Translations under genes and position numbers: made by a program
IMG/VR virus record: IMGVR_UViG_3300013094_000053
Span: 1 to 58,414 of that record
Length of the DNA: 58,414 nt
Strand: one strand, 5' to 3'
From: a virus
Taxonomy: Duplodnaviria; Caudoviricetes
The notes under the pieces: generated by a model
Database searches by the model: none
The model's input: the letters and a program-made list of their open reading frames with translations, nothing else
Told to the model about the DNA's origin: nothing
Part shown: piece after piece, positions 27,901-37,734 of the stretch
Position numbering within the stretch: position 1 is the stretch's first letter
Layout of the letters: the number at the start of each line of letters is the position of its first letter

Positions 27901-29093
27901 CTGTATTAAATAATTTTGCAAAAGTTTTAGTTAAACAAACCAATAGTACTGGGGTGTATAGTTACACGGCATCTGTTGATGAGGCGTTCCACTTAAGAGT
28001 AAGCCATTACACAAGTGATGGAACTGACGGCGAGGCTGGAACAGCCTCTGTACCACAAGAAGTATTCTCAGTATTCTTGAACAATGTTGAGATAACTGGC
28101 TGGGAACAGCCAACTGCTAATTCAGTGGTGGGAATTCAGGGTTGGACAGCAATGAATATGAACACCGCCAGCCAAAGAAGACAACGCCCTTACATACCAA
28201 CATCTAATTTTTCAACTGGAACATATTTTGGTGGGTATATGTCTAATTCACCACAGACTATTACAAATATTTCATATGTAACTCCAGTCACTGTAAGTGC
28301 AACCACTGGTTCAATTAGAGAGATATATGCTACAGTAAGACCATTACTTGACAAGAGTGTAAATTATTGGTATCAAACTAAAGAATTCTTAAATGGAATG
28401 ATTCAGGGTCAGAACATATTTAAAAATTCTACAAGCTATATGATGCAAACAACACCATCAGTAACTGGAATTAATTCTTATGATATTCAATATACAACTC
28501 CAGCAGCTACATCAGTTGACATTCTCCCAGTAGAGTATAACTGGTACTACTACCCTGGAAATACTGCAACTGATCAACAATATTTACAACTTCAGGTTAT
28601 GGATGAATATTCAGCTTCATACTCAAGTGTAATCAATACTGGTTTTAGAGGTAAATTTGCCATTGCTAACAACTCTCCACAAATGGTATATTTGACTAAG
28701 CAATCTGATGACCTAAATCAATTTACAGTTACATTAAACGTATGGACACATGACATTGTTGCCGTCTCGGATGTTTCCCTTTTGGAACGTGTAATAGACC
28801 CAGGAAACACTACTGAGGTAGCACAGGTTGACACACAATGGATTCAATCTGAAACTGCTGCAAATAGAATGATGGGGGTCATCTCAAATGCTATTGATGG
28901 ATTCTCAAAAGACACCAGCCTCACAATATTTGGAAATCCTTTAATCCAGGTGGGGGATATAATAACCCTTACATACCACCTTGTAGGATTAAATGCTCAA
29001 CAATATGTAGTACAATCGGTAAAGCATTCCTTCCAGAATGGCCTTCAAACTGACCTAGTGCTAAATATGGTGGGCAACGGAACATCCTATTAA
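24975..29093 (+). CDS. Large minor tail / tail-tip hub protein
   Basis: FIDEYGVMRF, WIQS..A, GNPLIQVGDII hub-type motifs; 1372 aa. Confidence 0.7.
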   Translation: MLLNTDNTYRDIFLNAKSVNMLPVISAEWNQNLFNPPYLMVTGDGTKFTPTTTSTISSVTGAAAHPVFTTNSFATTTGTSTASGSVLYTCTTNGSSPTYKIVTYMMTSQALPVLVSSYAKDSTNVYTGSTQTEINNYGWTKIETYIGGAPTSGNLTTFSYNIVATTLDSSSGTPTIYFTVPEVYVCSYFDYQYHTLWDPYSVVTNFRPGESYVTTGDYKYSLQADFRKISSPLLNGYAGTTYSPVSSIVQNPNHILATQYVPLIKNVVPTDINPYKYFVSDTSNTSLTALYQTAVNTNKLVFKFNTMVTIPTVQIKVNGTAITVDGTSSITVPSNGVLVIYWNGSQWTQKKWGDPTGTPVTTMPYLDQTTGALSLYTSLTKLTVTQLSKTINSAFTTSNTTFASDANRMHLIEMSPRLEIDLSNFVEDVTITKALDSKSTVIPLSTINPDDLLTTLSGIPAFNGSSVIPVLSNQSNKSTSILANMLRKNIKIYSSFNLISYTTTTTTTVNTYIPGGIYYVDTWDETDIKEIKVQCYDITRYLQTVPVADYVANLKGVLDIVSNILDLTGFTDYDYDSLYKVCNDPLIPMELSYFYCNSKDTTLVAALNSIFLAYQIGCFIDEYGVMRFLSLSNIINNANLVNLGINQSVMSIDDNNIVMEGYGVTNSSKVGMISIRYQSPKILQSLALQNATDPAIKNTASFIYTTSNDVVWQQGNTDSVGFNYLASSMAETDSSFQLYQRDLLNQFHTYSLNNNGYSVIEDEIVSFEYKQYLISNSSGYVYANVKNDIELQAEINKFIKKYQSSLTTSDGTTKGDYNVTIVPQNKITNVQRGLFGTTPVAHNIITSLASKNLSSGGSGTASISTIGAGSPNQIEVVGMIPSGSSKVTLYPTSARDIGYKTYSIKFGLNTQDRSAAGLFFNASGGNGSSGYFVELVQVNTYTPETTTMSNNYNYYMIIYNSSGVLYWANVTGEVNAVLNNFAKVLVKQTNSTGVYSYTASVDEAFHLRVSHYTSDGTDGEAGTASVPQEVFSVFLNNVEITGWEQPTANSVVGIQGWTAMNMNTASQRRQRPYIPTSNFSTGTYFGGYMSNSPQTITNISYVTPVTVSATTGSIREIYATVRPLLDKSVNYWYQTKEFLNGMIQGQNIFKNSTSYMMQTTPSVTGINSYDIQYTTPAATSVDILPVEYNWYYYPGNTATDQQYLQLQVMDEYSASYSSVINTGFRGKFAIANNSPQMVYLTKQSDDLNQFTVTLNVWTHDIVAVSDVSLLERVIDPGNTTEVAQVDTQWIQSETAANRMMGVISNAIDGFSKDTSLTIFGNPLIQVGDIITLTYHLVGLNAQQYVVQSVKHSFQNGLQTDLVLNMVGNGTSY

Positions 29094-29103
29094 AATACAA
29101 TAA

Positions 29104-29112
29104 TGGTATAAT
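29104..29112 (+). promoter_or_regulatory. Extended -10 promoter
   Basis: TGGTATAAT, then TAAGGAG SD and ATG 29142. Confidence 0.6.
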
Positions 29113-29141
29113 TATCTATAGCTGCATAAATAAGGAGAAAA

Positions 29142-29726
29142 ATGGGATATATTAAGATATCGGATCCAAATATTATAGATTTGGCTGCATGGCACCAGGT
29201 TATCAATGTTGTAAATCAACATTCAGATAGCCTAAATTCATTGACAAATAATTTTGGACTCGCTAATGCTACCCCAAGCTTCTCTGGAGAAAACACATCA
29301 GTCGTGTATGACTTGTCATCACAGCAAATTGTATATGGTAGAGCAAAGGCCTACTATACAAGTGGAGGATCAACTAATACACCAAACACTATCGGTGGTG
29401 GCGGAGCCACTACAGCAGCTTCAATTCAATATTTTTATAACAGCGTAACATTTGCTAATAGTAGCAATTCAATCCCATCATTTACAACTACACCATTTAT
29501 ATTTGCAACACTGCACACTGGAGACACTTCTGGTGCAGTTTCTACATCAAACTCTGATGCCATAGTTACTATTTATAATCCTACTCAAACAGGATTTAAC
29601 TACAGAATTGTTAGAGCAGCAGCCTATACAATAGGACTTGCAGCAACAACATCTACAAATAAGAACACTGCAAATATAAGTGGAGCGATTTATATCAACT
29701 GGGTAGCAATAGGCCCAAGAGGATAA
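29142..29726 (+). CDS. Minor tail protein, gp53/H-lectin-like C-terminus
   Basis: F...PFIFAT, TGF, INWVAIG pattern. Confidence 0.5.
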   Translation: MGYIKISDPNIIDLAAWHQVINVVNQHSDSLNSLTNNFGLANATPSFSGENTSVVYDLSSQQIVYGRAKAYYTSGGSTNTPNTIGGGGATTAASIQYFYNSVTFANSSNSIPSFTTTPFIFATLHTGDTSGAVSTSNSDAIVTIYNPTQTGFNYRIVRAAAYTIGLAATTSTNKNTANISGAIYINWVAIGPRG

Positions 29727-29741
29727 ATTAGGGGGTAGTTA

Positions 29742-32700
29742 ATGATAGATGGTGGTCAAGAAGCCATATACATCTCTTCAAATAGGGTCGCAAAGCGACA
29801 GACTATTCCTATTGACTCTTCTGATTTAAGATTAAGAAAAAATAAAAAGGGTATAACAAGAGCTAGAATTGGTGCAGACATTGAAGTCATTGGAAGCACA
29901 ACTAACGCATTGGCATTTGGTCCAGGCGGATTGGCTGTTACGGCTGGTGGAACTATTCCAGATCAAGGTTCTACAACGCCAGCTCCAACAGATACATTTA
30001 TTCCACCATGGGATTTTTTCACAGATCCAAATTCACCATCTGGAATTCCTAAGTTTGTCAACCTTGGAAGTGTAGAGAATATCGTCTTTACTTGGGGAAC
30101 ATATTCAGGTGGAACATTTACCCCAGGTTCTGGTGACGATTTAAAATTTGAATTTGATTTTGATTTCAGTGCTGGATATAATTCGACTGCAACAAATGCT
30201 GCAGTTCATGCTACATCAAGTTCTACAACAGGCAGTGTTGTTGGGTATAGCCCCCAGGGAGTATTCCCCTTAGTAACAGGCACTGGTGTTGTTCACCAAA
30301 CATTTTATTTTACAAAAGCAATTAATACCCAGACAATGGGATTCTTTTGTACATCATTCACAAGCTTTTGTGTTTATGTAACAGATAATACGAATGTGAA
30401 TCTAGGCACAGAATTATGTGCGGTGCCACCAGGGTATACCATTGATCTATTGCCACCAACATTTTCATTAAATCCAATTCCTGGAGGTTATTCTGTCACC
30501 TGGAATATAAATACAAAAAGTGGTGCAACAGTATCAAATCAGCTCACAGCAATTGATATCTGGGAAGAAGAATCAAATACTCTTCCAACAGATCCAAATA
30601 CAAATTTGACGGGATGGAATAGAGTTTATTTGGGTACAGTAAGCCCAATATCAATTATAGTTACCGATACCGCAAAGAGATATGTAAACGCAAGACTGTC
30701 TTCAACATCAGGAGTATATACTGATTTTGCAACACCATCTCAGCCAATTGTTCCAGGAACAGTAACAAACGTAAACGTAACCCCACCAAGCAACCTATCA
30801 ACTGCTACTGCAGTTTGGTCGGGAGATTCCATTGTAGTTTCTTATGCCCCTCCACTTGAAACTGTTAATATAACTAATGCTGTAACATCTTCTGATCCAT
30901 CAGGTAAAACTAGAATTACGTATACCACAGATCAAACAGCACTTGATTTTGTTGTTGGAGAAGGTGTAATAGTTTCAGGAATAACGCCATCAGGTCTAAA
31001 TGCACAAGCATTAATTGATACTGTAAGTGCAACACAATTTTCAGTATTGGTAGCTTCAGCAACTGGAACATATTCAACTGGTGGAACAGCTCAGTCAACA
31101 AAAAATGCGGGAAAGAAATTTACAGTAGTTTTAGCTGAAACTGTAACTGGAAATAATCATACAGGATCATTTAATTTATTCCCAACATATTTAAATACTT
31201 CAACAAATACTGTTACATTTTCTCAAACAGGAACAGTTTCATCTGCAGACTTATATTCTCAATTTGGAGCATATTATTCTTCATTTAGCGGTGTAGTTTA
31301 TAGCGTTGACGCACAGGGAAATCAGAGCAGTGGAAAGAGTTTCACCTTAGCAACAAGAGGCAATCCTTTATCTGGAACTACTCCAAGCCCAACTGTTACC
31401 AATATTTCTGACGGATATCAAATTAACCTTGCTGGTGTACCAGTATCAGTTGACCACATTGAAGTTTATGAGTTTTTTATAAATCCAAGTTCTTTGCCAA
31501 CAAGCCTACCAGATTACATAAATGCAACATATGTTTCTGGCGGAGCAGCGGGCACAAATACAGTTACACTAAGTACATTTGTTGATCCATCTGGAGCATC
31601 TGTAGTTCCAACAGCATGTATTGGATATGCTTTTACTGGAACAAATGTGCCAGTAAATACATTTGTTTCTAATATTACTACATCAGGAGCTAACTATGTG
31701 CTAACACTATCAACATATAATACCTCTGGAACTTTAGTTGCATCAAACTTTTTAACAGGCGGAGCTTCTGGTTCGTACATAATGAATGGCCTTGTGGCAT
31801 CTGGTACATCTCCATTGGTAGTATTGTCAACAAACTTTGTTGCAAGATGGATCGTAACTTATTATTATGATAAGTTTGGCAATAGATCTCTTCCTTCTGC
31901 AGCTACTCCAGTACAACCTCAAAACCCAACGACATCTCAAATTTCTAGTGCAATATCTGTTACTTCAACAGGTTCTATTTATCTAGGATCAAGTAACACT
32001 TCTGTTCCCAATATTATCTTGGGTACAAATGGCGGAAACGCAGGATTATTTATTTGGGGTAATGGAGATGGAGCAACAACTGCATCTACACCATCAACAC
32101 AAATTTTAGGTAATACCACAAGTGGTGGACCAACATTTATAACAAAAAATGCAAATATTGCAGACTGGGTTATTAGCCCTAATAAAATTGAAAATACTTT
32201 AAATGGATTAAGTGGCAATACATATACTGGATTATCTGGAACTGGTACATATGCATTTTGGGCTGGAGCAAGTGCTACAAGTTCAACTGGCCCTACTGCA
32301 GACAGTCAAGCATTATTCTGGGTTAAAAAAGATGGTACTGTAAAGTCAAATCAGATAAGTATATCTGGTTCAAGTAGCCTTGATATTGGTTCTGCTGCCC
32401 CAATTGTAGCAACTACATATGGATCAGTTATTGCATCTGGCTCTACAACTATAACTTTATCTGCAGCCAATGCTAATATAATTAATGGAATGTATGTTGT
32501 ATATGCTGGTATTCCTGGCGGGACAACAATAACAAGTGGTGGCGGAACAGCAACATTAACAATATCAAATCCTACATTTGCTGCAATTCCTGCGGGAACT
32601 TCAATAACATTTGTATCTGCTACATCAGGAGCACATATACTCACAGATGGCTCTGTGTATGCCTCTAATGCATATATTAGAGGTCAGGTAAATGCTACAT

Positions 32701-34340
32701 CAGGTTCATTTACAGGTAATTTGCAAATTGGTTCTGGTGGTTCAATATATTCTGGTACATTGACTACTGGCGGAGCTTTAAGTGGTGCGGGATTCATATT
32801 AAACTCAACAGCACTTTTATTTAATAGTGCTATTGGTACTGTAACATCTATAAGTGGATCAACTGGACAATTGACAACTACATCTGCAAGTATTGGTGGA
32901 TGGTCAGTAAATTCAACTCAAATTTCTAAAACTTCCACAGGTGGAGGTGTGTACCTAGACTCTGGGACAATCTATGGAACATATACGACTCCAACATCAC
33001 AATATGTATTGTCTGGAGATGGAAACTATTCTTCTGGGCATCTTGTGCCACCAACAACATTGAATTCTACAAATGCTAAAACAACACCACTTTTATGGTC
33101 AGGTAACGTAACCCAGCAAAATATAAGTGCAACTGGAATTACTACATATGCAAACTTCTACGTAACTGCAGATGGAACAATGAATGCTAAAAATGCAGTA
33201 ATAAATGGTGGAACAATTAAATCGGTAGGCACATTAGGAACTGTAACCCTTGATGGTGTTCATGATCTTATAACTTTGAAATCAGCAAGCGGTAGCAGAA
33301 CAGCATATATATTCCCAAGAGCAGTTACAAGCGGAACTACAACAACAGATACTGGTTTTTATTTAACTGTTGATAGTGGTGGAATAGTTCCATTAAATTC
33401 AGACTATACGGTAAACTTATCCTCTACTAGCGGAATTAATGCAATCCCATTCCTAGGTATTGGTCCAACGATAAATGCTTATGGGACTGTCATGGATGGA
33501 ATTGGTCTTTATGCTAAGAATTCGTGGCTTAACGTTACAACATCAAATGGAATTGGCCTGTGGACTGGAGATGGTACTAACCTAAAGACAGGTATGGTTT
33601 TAAATAATCATATCATTGCTCTAGGTTATAATGGCGGAACTGCTGCAATTAACCCATCTTCATATTTAACTGGAACGTCAAATACTACAATTCCAGCATC
33701 TGCTCCTATTAATACTATCCAAGCAGATGCAAGCAAAATTCTTATAACTGCTGCAAATGGAGCTACGCCAGTACAGCTACAAGTTGTTGGTACAGGTGAA
33801 AGCAATGGAACATTTACTACCACTGCAGGAATCCATATGCTGGCAGGTGCTTCTCGTGGAGATTTTACTACAACTGGTATAAGTTTATATTCAGGTTCAT
33901 CTACTACAAATGGAATTATAACTTTGAGTAGCACTGGTGTTGTATTGCAATCAGGACCTCAGAGATCTGCAGGTGGTGATCAAGGAACCGTAATTGGTTA
34001 TACAGCTCCAGCAAACATATCTTTGTCTAATACCGAAAACACTGTTGTTATAACAGGTATAAAAAGTTTAGTGGGATATTCATATAGTATGGCAACCCCA
34101 TCTTCCCCTGCACCTGTGTCTGTATTGACTGGAAGCAATGGAGCGGGACCAACAAACTACATGAGTGTGCCCCCACTTGGATCATATCCAAGACAAAGAA
34201 TGGTTATAGAAGACCCAGGAACTGGTCAATTAGTACTAGGATTAGCTATTTATTATAGCGATAACTCTGCAGGTGGAGCTGCAGCACCTTCATCTGGCAG
34301 TTCAAACGGTGCAACTGGAGATTTGTGGGTAGTATACTAA
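29742..34340 (+). CDS. Large tail fibre / host-recognition protein
   Basis: 1532 aa T/S/G-rich; FN3-like segments, GQVNATSGSFTG and IGGWSV fibre motifs; ends GDLWVVY. Confidence 0.7.
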   Translation: MIDGGQEAIYISSNRVAKRQTIPIDSSDLRLRKNKKGITRARIGADIEVIGSTTNALAFGPGGLAVTAGGTIPDQGSTTPAPTDTFIPPWDFFTDPNSPSGIPKFVNLGSVENIVFTWGTYSGGTFTPGSGDDLKFEFDFDFSAGYNSTATNAAVHATSSSTTGSVVGYSPQGVFPLVTGTGVVHQTFYFTKAINTQTMGFFCTSFTSFCVYVTDNTNVNLGTELCAVPPGYTIDLLPPTFSLNPIPGGYSVTWNINTKSGATVSNQLTAIDIWEEESNTLPTDPNTNLTGWNRVYLGTVSPISIIVTDTAKRYVNARLSSTSGVYTDFATPSQPIVPGTVTNVNVTPPSNLSTATAVWSGDSIVVSYAPPLETVNITNAVTSSDPSGKTRITYTTDQTALDFVVGEGVIVSGITPSGLNAQALIDTVSATQFSVLVASATGTYSTGGTAQSTKNAGKKFTVVLAETVTGNNHTGSFNLFPTYLNTSTNTVTFSQTGTVSSADLYSQFGAYYSSFSGVVYSVDAQGNQSSGKSFTLATRGNPLSGTTPSPTVTNISDGYQINLAGVPVSVDHIEVYEFFINPSSLPTSLPDYINATYVSGGAAGTNTVTLSTFVDPSGASVVPTACIGYAFTGTNVPVNTFVSNITTSGANYVLTLSTYNTSGTLVASNFLTGGASGSYIMNGLVASGTSPLVVLSTNFVARWIVTYYYDKFGNRSLPSAATPVQPQNPTTSQISSAISVTSTGSIYLGSSNTSVPNIILGTNGGNAGLFIWGNGDGATTASTPSTQILGNTTSGGPTFITKNANIADWVISPNKIENTLNGLSGNTYTGLSGTGTYAFWAGASATSSTGPTADSQALFWVKKDGTVKSNQISISGSSSLDIGSAAPIVATTYGSVIASGSTTITLSAANANIINGMYVVYAGIPGGTTITSGGGTATLTISNPTFAAIPAGTSITFVSATSGAHILTDGSVYASNAYIRGQVNATSGSFTGNLQIGSGGSIYSGTLTTGGALSGAGFILNSTALLFNSAIGTVTSISGSTGQLTTTSASIGGWSVNSTQISKTSTGGGVYLDSGTIYGTYTTPTSQYVLSGDGNYSSGHLVPPTTLNSTNAKTTPLLWSGNVTQQNISATGITTYANFYVTADGTMNAKNAVINGGTIKSVGTLGTVTLDGVHDLITLKSASGSRTAYIFPRAVTSGTTTTDTGFYLTVDSGGIVPLNSDYTVNLSSTSGINAIPFLGIGPTINAYGTVMDGIGLYAKNSWLNVTTSNGIGLWTGDGTNLKTGMVLNNHIIALGYNGGTAAINPSSYLTGTSNTTIPASAPINTIQADASKILITAANGATPVQLQVVGTGESNGTFTTTAGIHMLAGASRGDFTTTGISLYSGSSTTNGIITLSSTGVVLQSGPQRSAGGDQGTVIGYTAPANISLSNTENTVVITGIKSLVGYSYSMATPSSPAPVSVLTGSNGAGPTNYMSVPPLGSYPRQRMVIEDPGTGQLVLGLAIYYSDNSAGGAAAPSSGSSNGATGDLWVVY

Positions 34341-34341
34341 A

Positions 34342-37233
34342 ATGGGTTTGTTCATCAATAAAGGTACCAACACAGTATCAAATTGGGTTCCAGTAAAAAA
34401 AGTATTTGTTAATAAAGGAACTAACACTGTTTCAAATTGGGTTCAAGTTAAAAAAATATTTATTAATAAGGGAACCAATTTAATTTCAGCATGGACTCAG
34501 TTTTGGCCAAAACTTGGACCACATACAGATTTGCCACCAGCTATAACATCAGACTCAGCTGGTACAACTTTTCCAACTTATGTATATGTGGGAACAATGC
34601 CAACTCCATCAGCAGTAGCAAATGGCACGACAAATAAATATACAGCTCATACGCTGTACCTACAACCTGGAATATGGAACCCAAACGGATATAGTCCAAA
34701 CGGAATATCATATTCAGTAGATGGTTATACTACTTTGGCGGGAACTTCAGGATCAATTAATTTTACTTCTGGAACATTAACTTTAACATCATCATCAGCA
34801 ATACCTGGAGATTACACTGCTGCAACTACATCAATGGGACTGATAGGGTCATATGATGGAAGATACCCAGTATTAACAGTTACTGTAAGTACTACATCTA
34901 GCGGAGTTAATGGTATTGATACAAGCGATAGTTATAATAATGGAAGAATTGCCGTTATTAAAAATACCCCAACATTAATAACTTCTACCTTGTCTTCCTC
35001 CACTGGATCTCCAGCAAATGCTGGGTCAATATTGTCTTATAGTTCAACTTGGCAGTCTGCAGATGGATACATTCCAGACCCCACAAGAACATTCATGGCT
35101 TGGTATGGATCAAATGTTGGTACTTATACTACATTGGCACAACTTCAAGCATCTGCAACAGCATTGGGCGGGTCTTTGGCAAGTGTCAGCGGTGCCTATA
35201 ATCATACAATTACTACAACAGAAGCAAACTCATACACATATATCTATGGAGTGGAGTCTGCTTATAGTGGATATACAGATTATTTTGGATACACTAGCGG
35301 AATTAGTAATGTTAAAGTAATGTCAGTTACTAAGCCACTTCAACCACCTAATACGCCAACATTCAATTCAAAATCTTCTACTGTAAATGGTGTCACTATA
35401 GTATTTAACCAATCTGTTGTTGATTCTACTCATGATGCACCGAGTGTGTATTATTGGGCAGTTTCTCCAAGTGGACCATGGACATCAATACCTGCAACAT
35501 CTGCCAGTACCTATTCATTCACCTATAATACTTTGGCTAGTGCAACTCCAGCCACGTACACCTTTTATATATATGCAAGCAACTATGTGAGTGCATCAAG
35601 TGGAGGATCATCTGGACAATTGACTACAACAGGTACTCCTACAGCTGTACTTCCCCCAAGTTCTTTTACAATATCTTCTGTAACAAAAGGCTTGCCATTA
35701 CAATTGGCCCCATATACAAGAAACTTGCAAATTACATGGAATAGAGCAACGCAATCACAAGGAGCAGCATTTGGCTATGGATATCAAGTGGAGGGAAGCT
35801 CTGATAACGTTTCGTGGGCTATGCTACAGACTTACGCTGCCAGCCCGTATATAGCTGATACTGGAGCAGGAACTTATACAACAACCTATACTGCACTTCA
35901 GTATACTTTTTACAGGGTATCAGTATTTGCATCTGTGGACGGAACAACTCCCCCTTCTGCTGGGTCTACTGCTGCTTCTAATAATCCATTTCAAGTAACA
36001 GGAACTGCACCAAGTGTGCCTTCAATTACAAGTGTTTCACCATCATACTTTACGGCAGCCCTATCTTGGCTTGCAGGTGGATCCAGCGGAAGCAATTCTA
36101 TATCTGGTATACAATATTCAACTGACGGTGGTTCAACTTGGTCTGCAACTACAGTTTCTAATCCAGCAACAATTTCAAATTTAAGCCCAAATACACTTTA
36201 TGCATTTTACATAAGAGAAGTAAATGGTGATCAATTAGTTTCTGGAATATCTTCTCCATATAATGCGTACACTCTACCTTTAGCAGCACCATCAACCCAG
36301 CTAGTAGCTGGATCAAGTAACGGATCTGGGCATGGACAATTAGTTGGCTCATATTCATTGCCATCAGGATACACATCTTATTATCCAAATGTGTCTTTAT
36401 ATTATGAAATTTGGAGAACTGGAACTCCAGCATCAGGTCACAGTGGTGTAAATGGATGGGGAAATCCAGGAACCTATGTACTATATTCAAGTGGTACTAT
36501 ACCAGCTGTAAGTTCTGGTGTTGCGGTTGAGTTGTATGTTCCATCTCCAAATGGATACTACTTTATGCTTGCAGAAACTTTATATAATGGTGTCTTGCAA
36601 GGTGCAACATATTCCAATAATGGAGCGGGAAACACTTCAACAGGTGTAGTTGCTGACTGGATTTATGGATCTGGAACAGCAATTGGATTGACTCTATCTC
36701 CATCAATTAATGCTGGAACTATTACAAGTTCAGGATTTAGTGGAACTGTTTCATGGTCAAACACTGATTTGACATCATATACAGTATCGCTAAGTACAAC
36801 TTTTGGTGCAATCAGTCCTACATCATTTACTGCAACTGCACAAACCTCAGCCAGCACACCATTTACAGTCTCTGGTGCTCCTTCAAGCACACTTGTGACT
36901 GTCACTGCATCTTCTGGCGGAGTCAGTGGTTCTGCAAGTGCAACAACATCAGGCTCAGTAACCCCACCACCTGTAACCCCACCACCTGTAACCCCACCAC
37001 CTGTAACCCCACCACCTGTTACGCCACCACCAAAATTGCCACCAAACCTCCCAGTTACACCGCCTCCACCTGTGGTTCCACCAGTATTACCACCACCAGT
37101 CGCTCCGCCTCCAAAATTGCCACCAAACATCCCAGTTACTCCACCTACTGTACCAGCACTTCCTACAGTACCAGCAGTACCAACTGCTATACCTCAGCAG
37201 AAGTCTACGGATTGGTGGAAGGAGCAAAATTGA
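34342..37233 (+). CDS. FN3-repeat fibre protein with Pro-rich C-terminal tail
   Basis: Three N-terminal F.NKGTN..S.W repeats; FN3-like QYSTDGG.TW..LSPNTLY; VTPPP repeats; ends QQKSTDWWKEQN. Confidence 0.7.
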   Translation: MGLFINKGTNTVSNWVPVKKVFVNKGTNTVSNWVQVKKIFINKGTNLISAWTQFWPKLGPHTDLPPAITSDSAGTTFPTYVYVGTMPTPSAVANGTTNKYTAHTLYLQPGIWNPNGYSPNGISYSVDGYTTLAGTSGSINFTSGTLTLTSSSAIPGDYTAATTSMGLIGSYDGRYPVLTVTVSTTSSGVNGIDTSDSYNNGRIAVIKNTPTLITSTLSSSTGSPANAGSILSYSSTWQSADGYIPDPTRTFMAWYGSNVGTYTTLAQLQASATALGGSLASVSGAYNHTITTTEANSYTYIYGVESAYSGYTDYFGYTSGISNVKVMSVTKPLQPPNTPTFNSKSSTVNGVTIVFNQSVVDSTHDAPSVYYWAVSPSGPWTSIPATSASTYSFTYNTLASATPATYTFYIYASNYVSASSGGSSGQLTTTGTPTAVLPPSSFTISSVTKGLPLQLAPYTRNLQITWNRATQSQGAAFGYGYQVEGSSDNVSWAMLQTYAASPYIADTGAGTYTTTYTALQYTFYRVSVFASVDGTTPPSAGSTAASNNPFQVTGTAPSVPSITSVSPSYFTAALSWLAGGSSGSNSISGIQYSTDGGSTWSATTVSNPATISNLSPNTLYAFYIREVNGDQLVSGISSPYNAYTLPLAAPSTQLVAGSSNGSGHGQLVGSYSLPSGYTSYYPNVSLYYEIWRTGTPASGHSGVNGWGNPGTYVLYSSGTIPAVSSGVAVELYVPSPNGYYFMLAETLYNGVLQGATYSNNGAGNTSTGVVADWIYGSGTAIGLTLSPSINAGTITSSGFSGTVSWSNTDLTSYTVSLSTTFGAISPTSFTATAQTSASTPFTVSGAPSSTLVTVTASSGGVSGSASATTSGSVTPPPVTPPPVTPPPVTPPPVTPPPKLPPNLPVTPPPPVVPPVLPPPVAPPPKLPPNIPVTPPTVPALPTVPAVPTAIPQQKSTDWWKEQN
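36958..37017 (+). repeat. Tandem 15-bp repeat (gtaaccccaccacct)x4 encoding VTPPP
   Basis: Four exact copies plus a degenerate fifth. Confidence 0.95.
37065..37202 (+). repeat. Dispersed repeat copy B (partner 1712..1930)
   Basis: Direct alignment to copy A with one mismatch and an 81-nt indel. Confidence 0.95.
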
Positions 37234-37264
37234 TAGCATTGGGGCGGGAGTCCCAATGCTGTTA
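37230..37264 (+). terminator. Hairpin after the fibre gene (GGGA tetraloop)
   Basis: agcattggggc-ggga-gtcccaatgct with G-U extended flanks. Confidence 0.65.
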
Positions 37265-37274
37265 ATATTAATTA

Positions 37275-37283
37275 TGTTATACT
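37275..37283 (+). promoter_or_regulatory. Extended -10 promoter
   Basis: TGTTATACT before AAGGAGG and ATG 37300. Confidence 0.5.
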
Positions 37284-37299
37284 ATGAAAGGAGGAAACA

Positions 37300-37524
37300 A
37301 TGGAACTAACTAATGATGAAAAAATAACTATTATTGAACAACATTTAAGAAGCATGTTATTTAGTCAATATAATCTTAATTTGCAGCTGTCTGAGCTACG
37401 AGCTGTAAGCACTCCAAATCAAGAAACAATAGATGCTGTTACCAAGCAGATGTCAGACGTTCAGGCACAAATTGACTATTTGAATGCGGAAGCTGCAAAG
37501 CTACAACCAACAACAACTAACTAA
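37300..37524 (+). CDS. Small coiled-coil protein
   Basis: Strong SD (AAGGAGG); heptad pattern. Confidence 0.65.
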   Translation: MELTNDEKITIIEQHLRSMLFSQYNLNLQLSELRAVSTPNQETIDAVTKQMSDVQAQIDYLNAEAAKLQPTTTN

Positions 37525-37533
37525 AGGATATAA

Positions 37534-37734
37534 ATGGATCAAAATCAAAAAGCAGAATTAATTATTTCTGCCCTACAACAACGTATTGGCGAAATGGCAG
37601 CAGCCTACGAACTAGAGAAAGCTTTATTAAGAGCTGAATATACTCAAGTTTCAAATGAACTTACCGCTTTGAGAGAAGAAGTTGCAAAAGCTGAGTATTC
37701 ACAGGAAGTGCTGGATTCAATAAAGAATGTCTAA
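37534..37734 (+). CDS. Small coiled-coil protein
   Basis: AAGGA SD; ALQQRIGE heptads. Confidence 0.65.
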   Translation: MDQNQKAELIISALQQRIGEMAAAYELEKALLRAEYTQVSNELTALREEVAKAEYSQEVLDSIKNV

